Assembly (NCBI GenBank): GCA_038883775.1
Contig: JAVZLM010000006.1
Coordinates: 32,001 to 96,000 of the forward strand
Direction of reading: 5' to 3'
DNA from: Candidatus Bathyarchaeia archaeon
GTDB lineage: Archaea > Thermoproteota > Bathyarchaeia > Bathyarchaeales > Bathycorpusculaceae
Length of the DNA stretch: 64,000 bases
A program made the translations under genes and the position numbers. The notes beneath the pieces were generated by a model. The model was not told the DNA's origin and ran no database searches. It saw only the letters and a program-made list of their open reading frames with translations. Each line of letters begins with the position of its first letter. Position 1 is the first letter of the stretch. Below, piece by piece: positions 51,349 through 60,863 of this stretch.

Positions 51349-51753
51349 CTACTTTAAGGGAACATACATGGAAGAGCGGGAAGCGCCTATACCGGGAGTT
51401 CCATGCTTTACTGGTTTATTTGTAATTGCAAACTCGCCAAGATAATGCCCAATCATTTCTGGCTTAATTTCAACGGGAACGAATTCCTTGCCATTGTGAA
51501 CAAATATTGTAAGTCCAACCATTTCGGGAAGAATAATCATGTCCCGCACATGAGTCTTAACCTTTATACTGCTTCCTTTTCTAAGGGCTTCTTTTGCTTC
51601 TCTTATTTTTTCAAGCAATATTCTCTGCTCAGGAGTTAAGCCCCGCTGGAAACTTCTTCTTTGCCTTGAAGGCAACAGATTTATGAACTCGTCCATGGAC
51701 AGATTTTGCAGTTGGTTAAGAGTGTATCCGCGGTAAGTGAATTCCTTGGGCAT
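51349..51753 (-). CDS. rps19: 30S ribosomal protein S19
   Basis: [39 protein letters not shown]. Confidence 0.97.
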   Translation of the reverse strand: MPKEFTYRGYTLNQLQNLSMDEFINLLPSRQRRSFQRGLTPEQRILLEKIREAKEALRKGSSIKVKTHVRDMIILPEMVGLTIFVHNGKEFVPVEIKPEMIGHYLGEFAITNKPVKHGTPGIGASRSSMYVPLK

Positions 51754-51813
51754 TTTATCACTCCATTATGATTGCAGTAACATTAAATGCTATAAACCTT
51801 CTGTTGTTTTCAA

Positions 51814-52554
51814 TTATATTGCCCTTTTCTTCTTTTGTCCAGCACCCCTCGCTGCTATTAAACCAACCTTTTGCCCAGGTGGCGCTCCATGAGAAGTTGT
51901 TGTAACTTTCCTCGCACTTCTTTTGCTACTACCATAGGGGTGTACAGCAGCAACCATCGCCCTGCCACGAGTTCTCGGATACTTACGTCCCCTCGCCCTC
52001 ATTAAATGAAATTTCACACCAGCCTTCAAAAAGGGTTTCTCTGTTCTGCCAGCCCCAGAAACAACACCAATAGTTGCTCTACAGCGATCATCAATGTATC
52101 TGGTCTTTCCGGAAGGAAGCCTAATTATGGTTCCTTGACTAGTATGTGTAACAACCATAGCGTATGCGCCAGAAGATTTTGCGATTTTTCCGCCATCGCC
52201 TGGACGGAGCTCTATGTTACATATCATGGTGCCTTCTGGGATTTTCCCTATGGGAAGAATGTTGCCCACATCCACTGGGGCGTTTCCGCCAATTTGGATT
52301 TGCTGTCCCAAGTATAGCCCTTCTGGAACCACAGTATAGCACGTTTCACCATTTTCAAACCTTATTAAGGCTAGAGGTGTGCCCCGTCCAGGGTCGTGAA
52401 CGAACTCTTCAACAACCCCTTTTATTGTCTTTTCAAAATACTCTTCTGTCGTCACGATTGTGGGGTATTGCGATGGGGCTACTCTTTTGTGGGTTGCTGC
52501 CCGAAATGTGGGGGCACCGCGCCCACGTCTTTGAACTCGAATTCTTTTTCCCAT
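51814..52554 (-). CDS. rpl2: 50S ribosomal protein L2
   Basis: MGKRIRVQRRGRG, HDPGR, NIELRPGDGGK, KPFLKAG, PPGQKVGLIAAR. Confidence 0.97.
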   Translation of the reverse strand: MGKRIRVQRRGRGAPTFRAATHKRVAPSQYPTIVTTEEYFEKTIKGVVEEFVHDPGRGTPLALIRFENGETCYTVVPEGLYLGQQIQIGGNAPVDVGNILPIGKIPEGTMICNIELRPGDGGKIAKSSGAYAMVVTHTSQGTIIRLPSGKTRYIDDRCRATIGVVSGAGRTEKPFLKAGVKFHLMRARGRKYPRTRGRAMVAAVHPYGSSKRSARKVTTTSHGAPPGQKVGLIAARGAGQKKKRAI

Positions 52555-52575
52555 AAATCATTCCTCTACAAACGC

Positions 52576-52836
52576 TTACAATATTCCAAGCTTGATTGCG
52601 ACATCTGCCGCTTTATAGTCTGGATGAAGCTTAACAAACGCTTTCTTTTCCCCTTGAGGGGTGATTTGAATGTTTACCTTTTCAACTTCAACCTCGTAAA
52701 GCTGCTCAACAGCCCTTTTCACATCTTTTTTGGTTGCCTTAAGATTAACTATGAATACGAGCTTGTTTTCCTTTTCAACCATTAAGCTGGCGGCTTCTGT
52801 CATCAAAGGATAAAGTATAACTTCATGGGGGTCCAT
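52576..52836 (-). CDS. rpl23: 50S ribosomal protein L23
   Basis: YPLMTE, ENKLVFIV, GEKKAFVKL. Confidence 0.97.
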   Translation of the reverse strand: MDPHEVILYPLMTEAASLMVEKENKLVFIVNLKATKKDVKRAVEQLYEVEVEKVNIQITPQGEKKAFVKLHPDYKAADVAIKLGIL

Positions 52837-53618
52837 TAGGCTTTGCCTCCAAAAAGCTCATCAAGCTTCTCAATTGCCCCCCGCGTCCAAATGGTGAGCC
52901 TACCCGGATGCGCTCCCGGAGCAAGAATTTCAGCATTTAAACTGTTAAGCGTGACCACATCTAAGCCTGGAATGTTTCTTGCCGCTTCCATTATCCCCTT
53001 ATTTTCATTCACAACTATGAGGGGTCCAACAGCTTGTTTTATTTTTCTTCCTCTACGCTTGCCTTTTCCAGCGCGGATGTTTCTGCTTTCTTTAACTCGG
53101 TAAACATCTGAAAATACGCCCAATTGTAGTAGAGCTTCTTCAACTTCTTTTGTTCTTTTTAACTCCTCAATATTATCTGTGACTATAAGCGGGATTTGTG
53201 GAACATCCTCAATGGCATGGTTTCGAGAAGCTACAACTTCTTTGCGGGCCGTTGCGGCAATTGCCGAAAGCAACGCAAGCTTTTTCTCCTTCTTTGGGAT
53301 TTTTTTTACAATCTTTTTATTAGAAGTTGGTGGGTGTGCTGCTCTTCCGCCAACCGTTCCCGGAGCGAAAGCTCCTCTCGCACCTGGTCCTTTAACTCTT
53401 GGGATTCTTGCTATGCCAAGGTCTACTCCTCTGGATTCCGCTGTGGTTCTTTTTCCAGCCATGGAGTCTCTGCCTTGAGGTTGAATTCTGCTTGATTGTA
53501 TTGCTAATACGGCTCTTTTTATGACGTCTGGTCTTAAAGGAGTTTCAAAGACCCGCGGCAGCTTTATTTTTCCAACTGGTTTTCCTTGAAGGTTAAAGAC
53601 GTTTACTGTCCTTGGCAT
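52836..53618 (-). CDS. rpl4: 50S ribosomal protein L4
   Basis: RPDVIKRAV, TTAES.G, GGRAAHPP, RAGKGKRRGR, LAPGAHPGRLT. Confidence 0.97.
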   Translation of the reverse strand: MPRTVNVFNLQGKPVGKIKLPRVFETPLRPDVIKRAVLAIQSSRIQPQGRDSMAGKRTTAESRGVDLGIARIPRVKGPGARGAFAPGTVGGRAAHPPTSNKKIVKKIPKKEKKLALLSAIAATARKEVVASRNHAIEDVPQIPLIVTDNIEELKRTKEVEEALLQLGVFSDVYRVKESRNIRAGKGKRRGRKIKQAVGPLIVVNENKGIMEAARNIPGLDVVTLNSLNAEILAPGAHPGRLTIWTRGAIEKLDELFGGKA

Positions 53619-53630
53619 TTGTTCTCACCG

Positions 53631-54644
53631 CTACTTTCCTTGAGGGGATTCAAGGGATATTTGGGTGATTCGCGGCAATTCTTCAATGGCTTGTTTTGGT
53701 GGGCGGGCTGGATAACGCAGTTTTATTGGGCGTTTTTCTGGTCCTGGCACACTTCCATCAAGCAGAATGTACGGTCCGCGGACTATGCCATATCTTATAA
53801 AGCCACCTTTTGGTGTCACTTCTTTTCCGTCACTTCCTATTTTGAGAATTCGTTTGTTGTATTCGGTTCTTTGGTGGAACCCCATTTGTCCAGCTCTTGG
53901 AATGCTATACATTACGTGGTGGGGGTTCCATGGACCTAGGGTGGCTATGCCCCTTTTTGTTTTTCTTCCTTTATGCTGAAGAATGGTTACGCCCCAACGT
54001 TTTACTGGTCCTTGGAAGCCTTTTCCAGTGGAGACGGCGATGACGTCTACGTATTGTCCTTCTTTAAAAATTTCTGTTGAGTTAACAGTTTTTCCAAGCA
54101 GGTTTTTTGCATATTCAAACTGTTGTTGGATTGTTCCTCCGCCTACTTCAATTTCTGTTATATCTGGTTTTTTCTTTGGCACGCTGGTTTGTTTTGGCTG
54201 GGTTATGGCGATAACTCGGATTTTTGTAGTTTTACCCAGGTTTTCTTCAATTTTTTTGAGGTTTTCTTCTGTGTTGAAATTTTCTGGGATGGTGAAAACT
54301 CTTTCAAGCTCTTCTGGAGGGTCTTTCATCCACGCTTCTGTGATAGTTTGTAAGCCATAAGCATTCTTTGTGTAGGCTCTAACGGCGCATATAAGCATCG
54401 GCGGAGTTTCTATAACGGTTGCGGCTCGCATGACTTCTTTTCCATAATTTGGCGAGCGTTTCCTATCTTCTATTGCAAATACGTAGGTCATGCCAGCCTT
54501 ATAACCAATATAGCCCAAAAGCCTAGGAGTGTCAGCCACTATTTTTGGCCAAAAGCGTATTCTAGCCAATAATCTTTTAGCACGTTTCCTAGGCAAATAA
54601 GCAAGCGAACCGTGCTTTGGCGCATGAGTTTTTCGGTGACCCAT
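53631..54644 (-). CDS. rpl3: 50S ribosomal protein L3
   Basis: HGSLAYLPRKRA, GYKAGMT, GKGFQGPVKRWG, AGQMGFHQRTEYNKRI. Confidence 0.97.
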   Translation of the reverse strand: MGHRKTHAPKHGSLAYLPRKRAKRLLARIRFWPKIVADTPRLLGYIGYKAGMTYVFAIEDRKRSPNYGKEVMRAATVIETPPMLICAVRAYTKNAYGLQTITEAWMKDPPEELERVFTIPENFNTEENLKKIEENLGKTTKIRVIAITQPKQTSVPKKKPDITEIEVGGGTIQQQFEYAKNLLGKTVNSTEIFKEGQYVDVIAVSTGKGFQGPVKRWGVTILQHKGRKTKRGIATLGPWNPHHVMYSIPRAGQMGFHQRTEYNKRILKIGSDGKEVTPKGGFIRYGIVRGPYILLDGSVPGPEKRPIKLRYPARPPKQAIEELPRITQISLESPQGK

Positions 54645-54818
54645 TGTTTCTCGCTTCGCGTCTTTTAGGAATGAGAATAAGGGGTTATAAACGTTACCGT
54701 TATGCGTCTAGAAAAGACAATTTTTGGAACGAATTTTATCCAATACGGGATAGGCCCTCTAGGTTTTTGCCTTAGTAAATGTTATAAAGTGAGGGATAAA
54801 ATCTTTTAGGGGTTCAAC

Positions 54819-55448
54819 GTGTCAGATATTGCGTCTAAAGTTGCTTTTGCCCTTTATAATTCTGGATGCTTAAAGTTCGGCATTTTCAAGATTAAATCTG
54901 GGGCTATAAGCCCCTATTACATTGACTTGGCCGCCTTACTTTCATCACCAAAAAATTTATCCACAATTGTGAACATGGCAGCAGAAAAAATCAAAGAAAT
55001 TATGAAGACTGAAAAAATAGACAAGTTAGCCTCCATCGAATTGAAAGGCGCTCTAATAGTGCCGAGCATAGCATGTGAAGTAGACTTGCCATGCACCATA
55101 GTAAGAAAAGAAGACAAAACATATGGAGTTGCTGGAAGGATTGCTGGAGCAGAAATTGTTGAAGGCGAAAACATACTCTTCTTTGATGACGTCATCACAG
55201 AGGGATTATCTAAACTTGAGGGAATAAAAGCATTAGAAATGCATGGGGCGCATGTTAAAAACGTGATGGTGGTTGTAGACAGAGAAGAAGGCGGCAAAGA
55301 AAAACTTGAAAAATTAGGGTATAAAGTACATGCTTTAGCAAAAGTTTCCGAACTTGTCAACTTTCTCTTTAAATCAGAACATATTTCGCAAGAGCAAAGA
55401 GATGCCGTCTTAAATTACACTAAGAAGACGCTAGAATTAGTTCAGTAA
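54819..55448 (+). CDS. pyrE: orotate phosphoribosyltransferase
   Basis: FGIFKIKSGAISPYYID, RKE.K.YG, PRPP loop FDDVITEGLSK, VVDRE.GG. Confidence 0.9.
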   Translation: MSDIASKVAFALYNSGCLKFGIFKIKSGAISPYYIDLAALLSSPKNLSTIVNMAAEKIKEIMKTEKIDKLASIELKGALIVPSIACEVDLPCTIVRKEDKTYGVAGRIAGAEIVEGENILFFDDVITEGLSKLEGIKALEMHGAHVKNVMVVVDREEGGKEKLEKLGYKVHALAKVSELVNFLFKSEHISQEQRDAVLNYTKKTLELVQ

Positions 55449-56255
55449 CTGACATTTTGGGCAAATGTATGAAGACGTGCTTCCGGTTTTAATCTTTTCT
55501 ATAGGCGTCTTACATCTAGGGCATGGTTGTCTTGTTTTGTAGCCAACCAAGAATTCTTTTATAGTTAGTCTACCTTTTTGTCCATAAATGTCTTTTTCAT
55601 AGGCTAACCCGCCAAGTTGGATGGCACGATTTAACACATCCCGAATCGCATGGTATAACTTGCATATCTCTTTTTCAGAAAGCGTTGAAATTTTTCGGTT
55701 TGGATGCAGCTTAGCTTCAAAAAGTATGTCTTGTATGTAAACATTTCCTATACCTGCAACATTCTTCTGGTCAAGCAAGAAATTTTTTATTACAGTCTTT
55801 TTGCCTGTCAACAATTTCTTGAAGTGTTCCAGCGTGAATTCTTCGTCTATGGGAGAAAAACCAAGATGGGCTGTAAGCTTATGTTTGTTTAGGTCTGTTT
55901 CTTTGAGAAGGTGAATATAGCCGAACCACTGGAAATGTATTGTGAAACCTGTTCCGTCGTCAAAGATTAGTTTGAATTGGTATTTTTCCGGAAGCTTCTG
56001 GCTTGGAGTGAAATAAAGCAGATCGGCGTTCATTCCAAGGTTAATAAGCATGTAATATGACGGATTCAGCTTTATGAAAATCCACTTTCCTTTGCCTATA
56101 ACTTTTTCGAGTTTTTCCCTTAGAAATTTTCACGAATTCTTGAATCGACAGGTTTAGGTTTTTGGCTGTCTGGCTTCGATGTTGGCGATGCATTTCTCTT
56201 TGATTTCATCATCCAATTGCCTAGCTTTTAATATTATTTCTGGTAGCTCTGGCAT
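55437..56255 (-). pseudogene. mutM: Fpg/Nei DNA glycosylase, disrupted near its 5' end
   Basis: ATG at 56255 gives MPELPE (catalytic Pro); apparent 1-nt loss in the A-run near 56160 gives TAA, and a second apparent 2-nt loss near 56110 restores the frame (GKGKW); H2TH LLDQ..VAGIGNVY and Zn finger CPRC...CPKCQ are intact. Confidence 0.85.
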
Positions 56256-56263
56256 AAGATAAC

Positions 56264-56564
56264 TTACCAATCAAGTTTTTCATCTAAATAACAATAGCCA
56301 TAATCCACTTTCTGGCGCATTTCCTCAGCCCACTTGTCGGCGCCAATAATTTTAATCCAGCCATCTAGAATTTTCTCATATTCTGCGTAATGCTGAAAAA
56401 GCTGGTTCCCATCTTGCTAGTTCTGGGGCGATTTTGTCAAAGCCATATGCTTTTGTAACTTTTCGAAGGTTTTCAACAGCCTGTTTTATTTTTCCTTGAT
56501 GTATTCCGCATGCGCAACAGTATAAACCGCAACATCCCACTAAATTTTTGTTAGATTCTGTCAA
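56264..56564 (-). pseudogene. degenerate DUF3795 protein
   Basis: GCCGLYCCAC start; +1 shift in a T-run near 56398; the other frame continues QHYAEYEKILDGWIKIIGADKWAEEMRQKV..GYCYLDE, but the central Cys cluster is missing. Confidence 0.65.
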
Positions 56565-56639
56565 CAGAAGACACCTTGTGCATACTGCTAATCATAAAGA
56601 TGTAGTTAAGCTTTCCCAGAAAAAGAGTAATTTACAGAT

Positions 56640-57188
56640 TCAATGTGCTTTTAATATTACATTTAGTATTTTTTGGGCGCATTCTTTAGGCTTAAATTTA
56701 GTAGTATCAATAGTTATTTCTGGATTTAATGGCGCCTCATAAGGCTGTCCAAAACCAGGAACCGTGGGCGCCTTACCTTCCAACGCTTTAGCGTAGATTT
56801 GTTTTGGTGCATGGTAAGTTTTTCCTCTTTCAGCTTCACGTTTCATACAAACTTCTAAGGGACATTCCAAATATACTTCTATGAAACGTGGGATTTGTTT
56901 TCTGGCATTTTCTCGATAACGTCTCAAATTTCCAGTGGCATCAATGATAACATTTACTCCATTTTGCGTCAAAAGTTTGGCAATGTAAACAAGGGCGGAA
57001 TAAACTATGTCACGTTCTTCTAGGGTGTACGTTGGCTTGGGAGTTAAAACCTTACGTAAGGCATCTGAAGCCAAAAGCTGAGCGTTAATGTCGTTTTCTT
57101 TAAGAAGTTTGAGTAATGCTTCAGAGACAACGGATTTACCGCTTCCTGGCAAACCAGTAATCCAAACACACCAGCCTTCTTTAACCAT
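56640..57188 (-). CDS. adenylyl-sulfate kinase-like P-loop kinase
   Basis: WITGLPGSGKS, D.LR, IDAT, EVYLECPLEVC..R, YEAP..PE. Confidence 0.8.
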   Translation of the reverse strand: MVKEGWCVWITGLPGSGKSVVSEALLKLLKENDINAQLLASDALRKVLTPKPTYTLEERDIVYSALVYIAKLLTQNGVNVIIDATGNLRRYRENARKQIPRFIEVYLECPLEVCMKREAERGKTYHAPKQIYAKALEGKAPTVPGFGQPYEAPLNPEITIDTTKFKPKECAQKILNVILKAH

Positions 57189-57594
57189 GAGCTTCGCTCC
57201 CATAAAACAAATCTAATGACAATTCATGCATAAATCCTCTCAAAAACTCATATTCTCCTATCTTAAACAAGTGGCTTACACATTTGCAATCAGAAGAACC
57301 AAACCCTTGCATGGGAAACCCACTTTCACTTATAATCTTGGCTACATCACACTCACTAAAGGATTCTTGCACAGTAAAAACCCTCAAAACTTTTATACAG
57401 TCGCCATTGAGCAGATAGTCTATGTGCCAAAATTTTGGCTTATCCTTCCTCAAATGGCGTTTTATCCTTTTGTTTAAGCCCTTTTTGGCTGAAATGCCCT
57501 TCTCAAAATTTACGTTCCCCAAAGCACCTATGTTCACGTTAATGTTTTTGTTAACTTCGATGACTAAAACATACACACTGTTCACTATGCTCAT
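57181..57594 (-). CDS. DUF123 GIY-YIG-family nuclease, apparently missing its Y-x-Y-V-G motif (possibly inactive)
   Basis: VYVL..., IGALG, RHLR..K..FWHIDYLL, EC, GFGSSDCKC.SHL; EKG is joined directly to ISA. Confidence 0.65.
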   Translation of the reverse strand: MSIVNSVYVLVIEVNKNINVNIGALGNVNFEKGISAKKGLNKRIKRHLRKDKPKFWHIDYLLNGDCIKVLRVFTVQESFSECDVAKIISESGFPMQGFGSSDCKCVSHLFKIGEYEFLRGFMHELSLDLFYGSEAHG

Positions 57595-57598
57595 CCAT

Positions 57599-57718
57599 TT
57601 AGGAATTATTAGGGTTGTACCATTTCAAAATTTCAGCAATAGCCTCATCAGAATAGCCCATCTCTTTAAGCTGCCTCTTCAAATCCTCAATCAGTTCATC
57701 AGCCAAATCAGACGCCAC
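57599..57718 (-). CDS. small 39-aa protein absent from the ORF track
   Basis: GTG start after GGTG; (M)ASDLADELIEDLKRQLKEMGYSDEAIAEILKWYNPNNS, amphipathic helices; stop 5 nt before the next gene. Confidence 0.5.
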   Translation of the reverse strand: MASDLADELIEDLKRQLKEMGYSDEAIAEILKWYNPNNS

Positions 57719-57772
57719 AAACACCAAAATTCAATCCAAAACTATTTATCCTTTACCCTCAACGCTTAAGCC

Positions 57773-58242
57773 ATGTCAAACCAAAAACTACTCCACCACG
57801 TAACCTACTGCGGCTTATACTGCAAACTATGCGCACAACAAAGTCGCATACCAAAACAAGCATCTCAACTAAAGCAAAGTCTCCACGAAGAAGGGTTTGA
57901 CGACTTTTACCAATATGTTCAGAGATGAAAGAAGTTTTCCCCATATTCTGGCAGTTTCTACAAAAACTTACAACATTCGACTGCAACTGCAGAGTTAGAA
58001 AAGGCGGACCGCCAGACTGTAAAATCCGCAACTGCGCTAAAGAGAAAGACATAGAAGTTTGCCCTCAATGCAAAGATTATCCATGAATGCTTATCAAATC
58101 GCTGGCAGAACATTACCCAACCTTAATCCAAGATGGAAAACGCTTACAAAAAGTTAGCATAGAAAAATGGATTAGGGAACAAGAGGAAAGAGCTAAGCGG
58201 GGAGTAGTTTACGCTGACATACGCTACAAAACAGAAAGCTAA
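57773..58242 (+). pseudogene. DUF3795 paralog of 13824-14300, frameshifted with an in-frame TGA
   Basis: MSNQKLL..VTYCGLYCKLC...; 1-nt loss near 57920; then FP.FW.FL..L..FDCNCR...GGPPDCKIRNCA...VCPQCKDYP*(TGA 58084-58086)...YPT...DGKRL....E.W..EQEERAKRG..Y. Confidence 0.85.
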
Positions 58243-59360
58243 ATTTCGTTAATGTAGGAGTTTACATTCTCCAAATCGAATCTTTCAAACTGCAAAACAT
58301 TCCTCACAAAGTTTAGAAGTTTTATGCGAACATCCTTGCTTAAGTTGGGGTACCAAATTGGCGAAGCAACAACCAATCCACGCCATGCATAGAAGGGTTG
58401 AACCACTTCAAGAATTTCCCAATCATCTGTTTTTTCTAAATAGTTTTTCCAGAACAAACGGAACAGACGTTCGAAAACTCCAGTTAACTTGCCATATTTT
58501 TGCAGAGAATAAAAAATGTAGTTGATTGTCATGGCGGTAACGTCATCTGCAGGCTCACCCCATTCACCTCGGCTGCGGTCTAAAACTGTAAAGTCTGTAC
58601 CCTTGCAGAACATGATGTTCCATGGATGAAAATCGCCGTGCACTTGACTGAGCCTATGGGCTTTACGTTTGAGCCTCCAACGCCAAATGATGCAGTTTCG
58701 TTCAATATCAATTAAATCTGACTCGTGAACGAAGTCAAGTTCGGATGGATAACTATCCAACAAGCCCATAATACATTCACCATGCCCAACAAGTTCGCGG
58801 GCACGTCTAACATAAAGCCATGGAGCATCCCGCTTAATCTTGTGAATTTCGACAAGGTAATCCGACAAAACCGAACAGCGTTGCTCATCCAACCTGCTTA
58901 ACTGTCCGGTCTTTTTTAAACGGTCAAGGTCAAAATGGTATAGTTTGCCATCAACAAGTTCGGTTAATATGAAAAATTCGCCACAATCACCCAAAGATTT
59001 CAAACCATCGCCTTTTACGGTAAAAGCGCCTACATCAATTGAACGCACATGACGCGGTAAGTTATTGAATGCGGAATGCTGCCAAAGCAGAATTTGCGCC
59101 CTATCAGAGAAATAATCGTGCCCAAACCCTTCAGAACGCATAGTCTCCAAAACAACTCGCTTAGTAACGCCATCAACTATAAACTCAATGACGTATGGAA
59201 TGCCATATCCAAAACCTTTCAAATCCTTTGAAGCCTCAGACCTTTCAGAACCAAGTCTCCAAACTCCACAAATCTTCACATCAGCATTATAGAGGGAAGA
59301 TAAATATCCGCACAGAACATTTTCGGAAACTTTTAGTTGATTACTTCTTTTTGTTGCCAT
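58239..59360 (-). CDS. APH/choline-kinase-like phosphotransferase
   Basis: HGDFHPWNI (Brenner motif), LDRSRGEWGEPADD. Confidence 0.8.
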   Translation of the reverse strand: MATKRSNQLKVSENVLCGYLSSLYNADVKICGVWRLGSERSEASKDLKGFGYGIPYVIEFIVDGVTKRVVLETMRSEGFGHDYFSDRAQILLWQHSAFNNLPRHVRSIDVGAFTVKGDGLKSLGDCGEFFILTELVDGKLYHFDLDRLKKTGQLSRLDEQRCSVLSDYLVEIHKIKRDAPWLYVRRARELVGHGECIMGLLDSYPSELDFVHESDLIDIERNCIIWRWRLKRKAHRLSQVHGDFHPWNIMFCKGTDFTVLDRSRGEWGEPADDVTAMTINYIFYSLQKYGKLTGVFERLFRLFWKNYLEKTDDWEILEVVQPFYAWRGLVVASPIWYPNLSKDVRIKLLNFVRNVLQFERFDLENVNSYINEI

Positions 59361-59471
59361 TTGCCCTCACTACAATAACCTATTGCCACAATTAAGGCTT
59401 AAGGTAAAAGCTGTACTTAAGTATATAAACAGATTATCTTGACTTCAGTAATGTATCCCATGGCGATTTAA

Positions 59472-60827
59472 ATGAATATACTAATCCAAAACGGAACAAT
59501 CTTAACAATGCATAATGGTAAAGTTATCCGCCAAGGCGCCGTTGCAGTAGAAGAGGAAATAATTGTTGATGTTGGAAAAACTAACGAATTAAAAAGAAAG
59601 TATGGAAGAGGCTACGAAAAAATAGATGCAAAAAATAAAATAGTCATGCCAGGCTTTGTCAACACGCATCAGCATGCAGCCATGAGCTTATTACGAGGAT
59701 ATGCTGACGATTTACCACTACAAGAATGGTTGGAAAAATGGATATGGCCAATAGAAAAACACATGACCGCCCATGACATTTACGTTGGAGCTTTATTAAC
59801 CGCTGTGGAGTCCATAATGGGTGGAACAACAACAGTCAACACAATGTACCATTACACGCCAGAAGAAAACGAGGCAAAAGCCTTCGCCGACGCTGGCTTA
59901 AGAGGAATAATCGGACATGTTTGTTTCTCATGGAGAAAAGAGGAGGATAGAAAAGCTTTATGGAATTTAGCTAAAAACTGGCATAACAAAGAGAAAGGAT
60001 TAATCCGGGTTAGCGTGGACCCCCATGCACCATACACTGTTGACCCAGAATATATGAAAGAACTAAAAACCATAAGAGAGGAGTTGACGGAAAAGTTTGG
60101 CTCGGAAATTGCGCCAATCATTTGGCATACGCATATTGCTGAAACAAGCGATGAAAAAGAAAAAATCCGAAAAGCCTTCGACGTCCAAATTAAAAATGGA
60201 ATCATGGCATACTTAGATTCTTTAGAAGTTTTGAATGAGAAGGTGGTTGCAGCCCACTGTGTAGCAGTAACAAATGAAGATATAGAGATCATGGAAAAAA
60301 GGAGCGTTAAAGTTTCGCATAATCCAATTTCAAATCTTAAACTTGCTTCTGGAATAAGCCCTGTTCCAAAAATGTTAGAAAAAGGCATAACAGTTTCCTT
60401 AGGCACAGACAGCCCATGCTCAAACAATACTGCAGACATGCTTGAAACCATGAAAACAGCCGCCCTCTTACATAAAGGAATAAACAAAAACCCAACCCTT
60501 CTGCCAGCGGAAAAAATTTTGGAAATAGCCACCATAAACGGCGCAAAGGCGTTGGCTTGGGATAAGGAAATAGGTTCAATAGCTGTGGGCAAAAAAGCAG
60601 ATTTAATTGTTGTCAACTTGAAAAAACCTCATCTTAATCCCATGCATAATGAAACAAGCCACATGGTTTACGCTGCAAAATCCTCTGACGTGGAAACTGT
60701 AATGATAAATGGCAAAATAATCATGGAAAATCGAACATTAAAAACGCTAAAAGTTGAGAGAGTTATGGCGCTTGCGGAAAAAACAAAAAATAATCTTCTT
60801 AGGCGAGCAAGCGCCAATATTAAATAG
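59472..60827 (+). CDS. mtaD: MTA/SAH deaminase family amidohydrolase
   Basis: PGFVNTHQH, RGYADDL, PHAPYT, HIAET, AHCV, SNLKLASG, GTDS..SNN; next to ahcY. Confidence 0.8.
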   Translation: MNILIQNGTILTMHNGKVIRQGAVAVEEEIIVDVGKTNELKRKYGRGYEKIDAKNKIVMPGFVNTHQHAAMSLLRGYADDLPLQEWLEKWIWPIEKHMTAHDIYVGALLTAVESIMGGTTTVNTMYHYTPEENEAKAFADAGLRGIIGHVCFSWRKEEDRKALWNLAKNWHNKEKGLIRVSVDPHAPYTVDPEYMKELKTIREELTEKFGSEIAPIIWHTHIAETSDEKEKIRKAFDVQIKNGIMAYLDSLEVLNEKVVAAHCVAVTNEDIEIMEKRSVKVSHNPISNLKLASGISPVPKMLEKGITVSLGTDSPCSNNTADMLETMKTAALLHKGINKNPTLLPAEKILEIATINGAKALAWDKEIGSIAVGKKADLIVVNLKKPHLNPMHNETSHMVYAAKSSDVETVMINGKIIMENRTLKTLKVERVMALAEKTKNNLLRRASANIK

Positions 60828-60863
60828 TTAGTTTTAATGAGCATAAAAGAGAAGGCGTTTAAA

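Noticed and set aside
57759-58052. 97-aa minus-strand ORF
   Set aside because: Antisense shadow of the DUF3795 pseudogene on the + strand
59852-60616. 254-aa antisense ORF and many similar shadow ORFs (e.g. 43576-44118, 47606-48160, 49190-49696)
   Set aside because: They lie opposite or out of frame within well-supported genes and have the Ser/Phe/Ile-rich composition typical of reverse-frame artefacts
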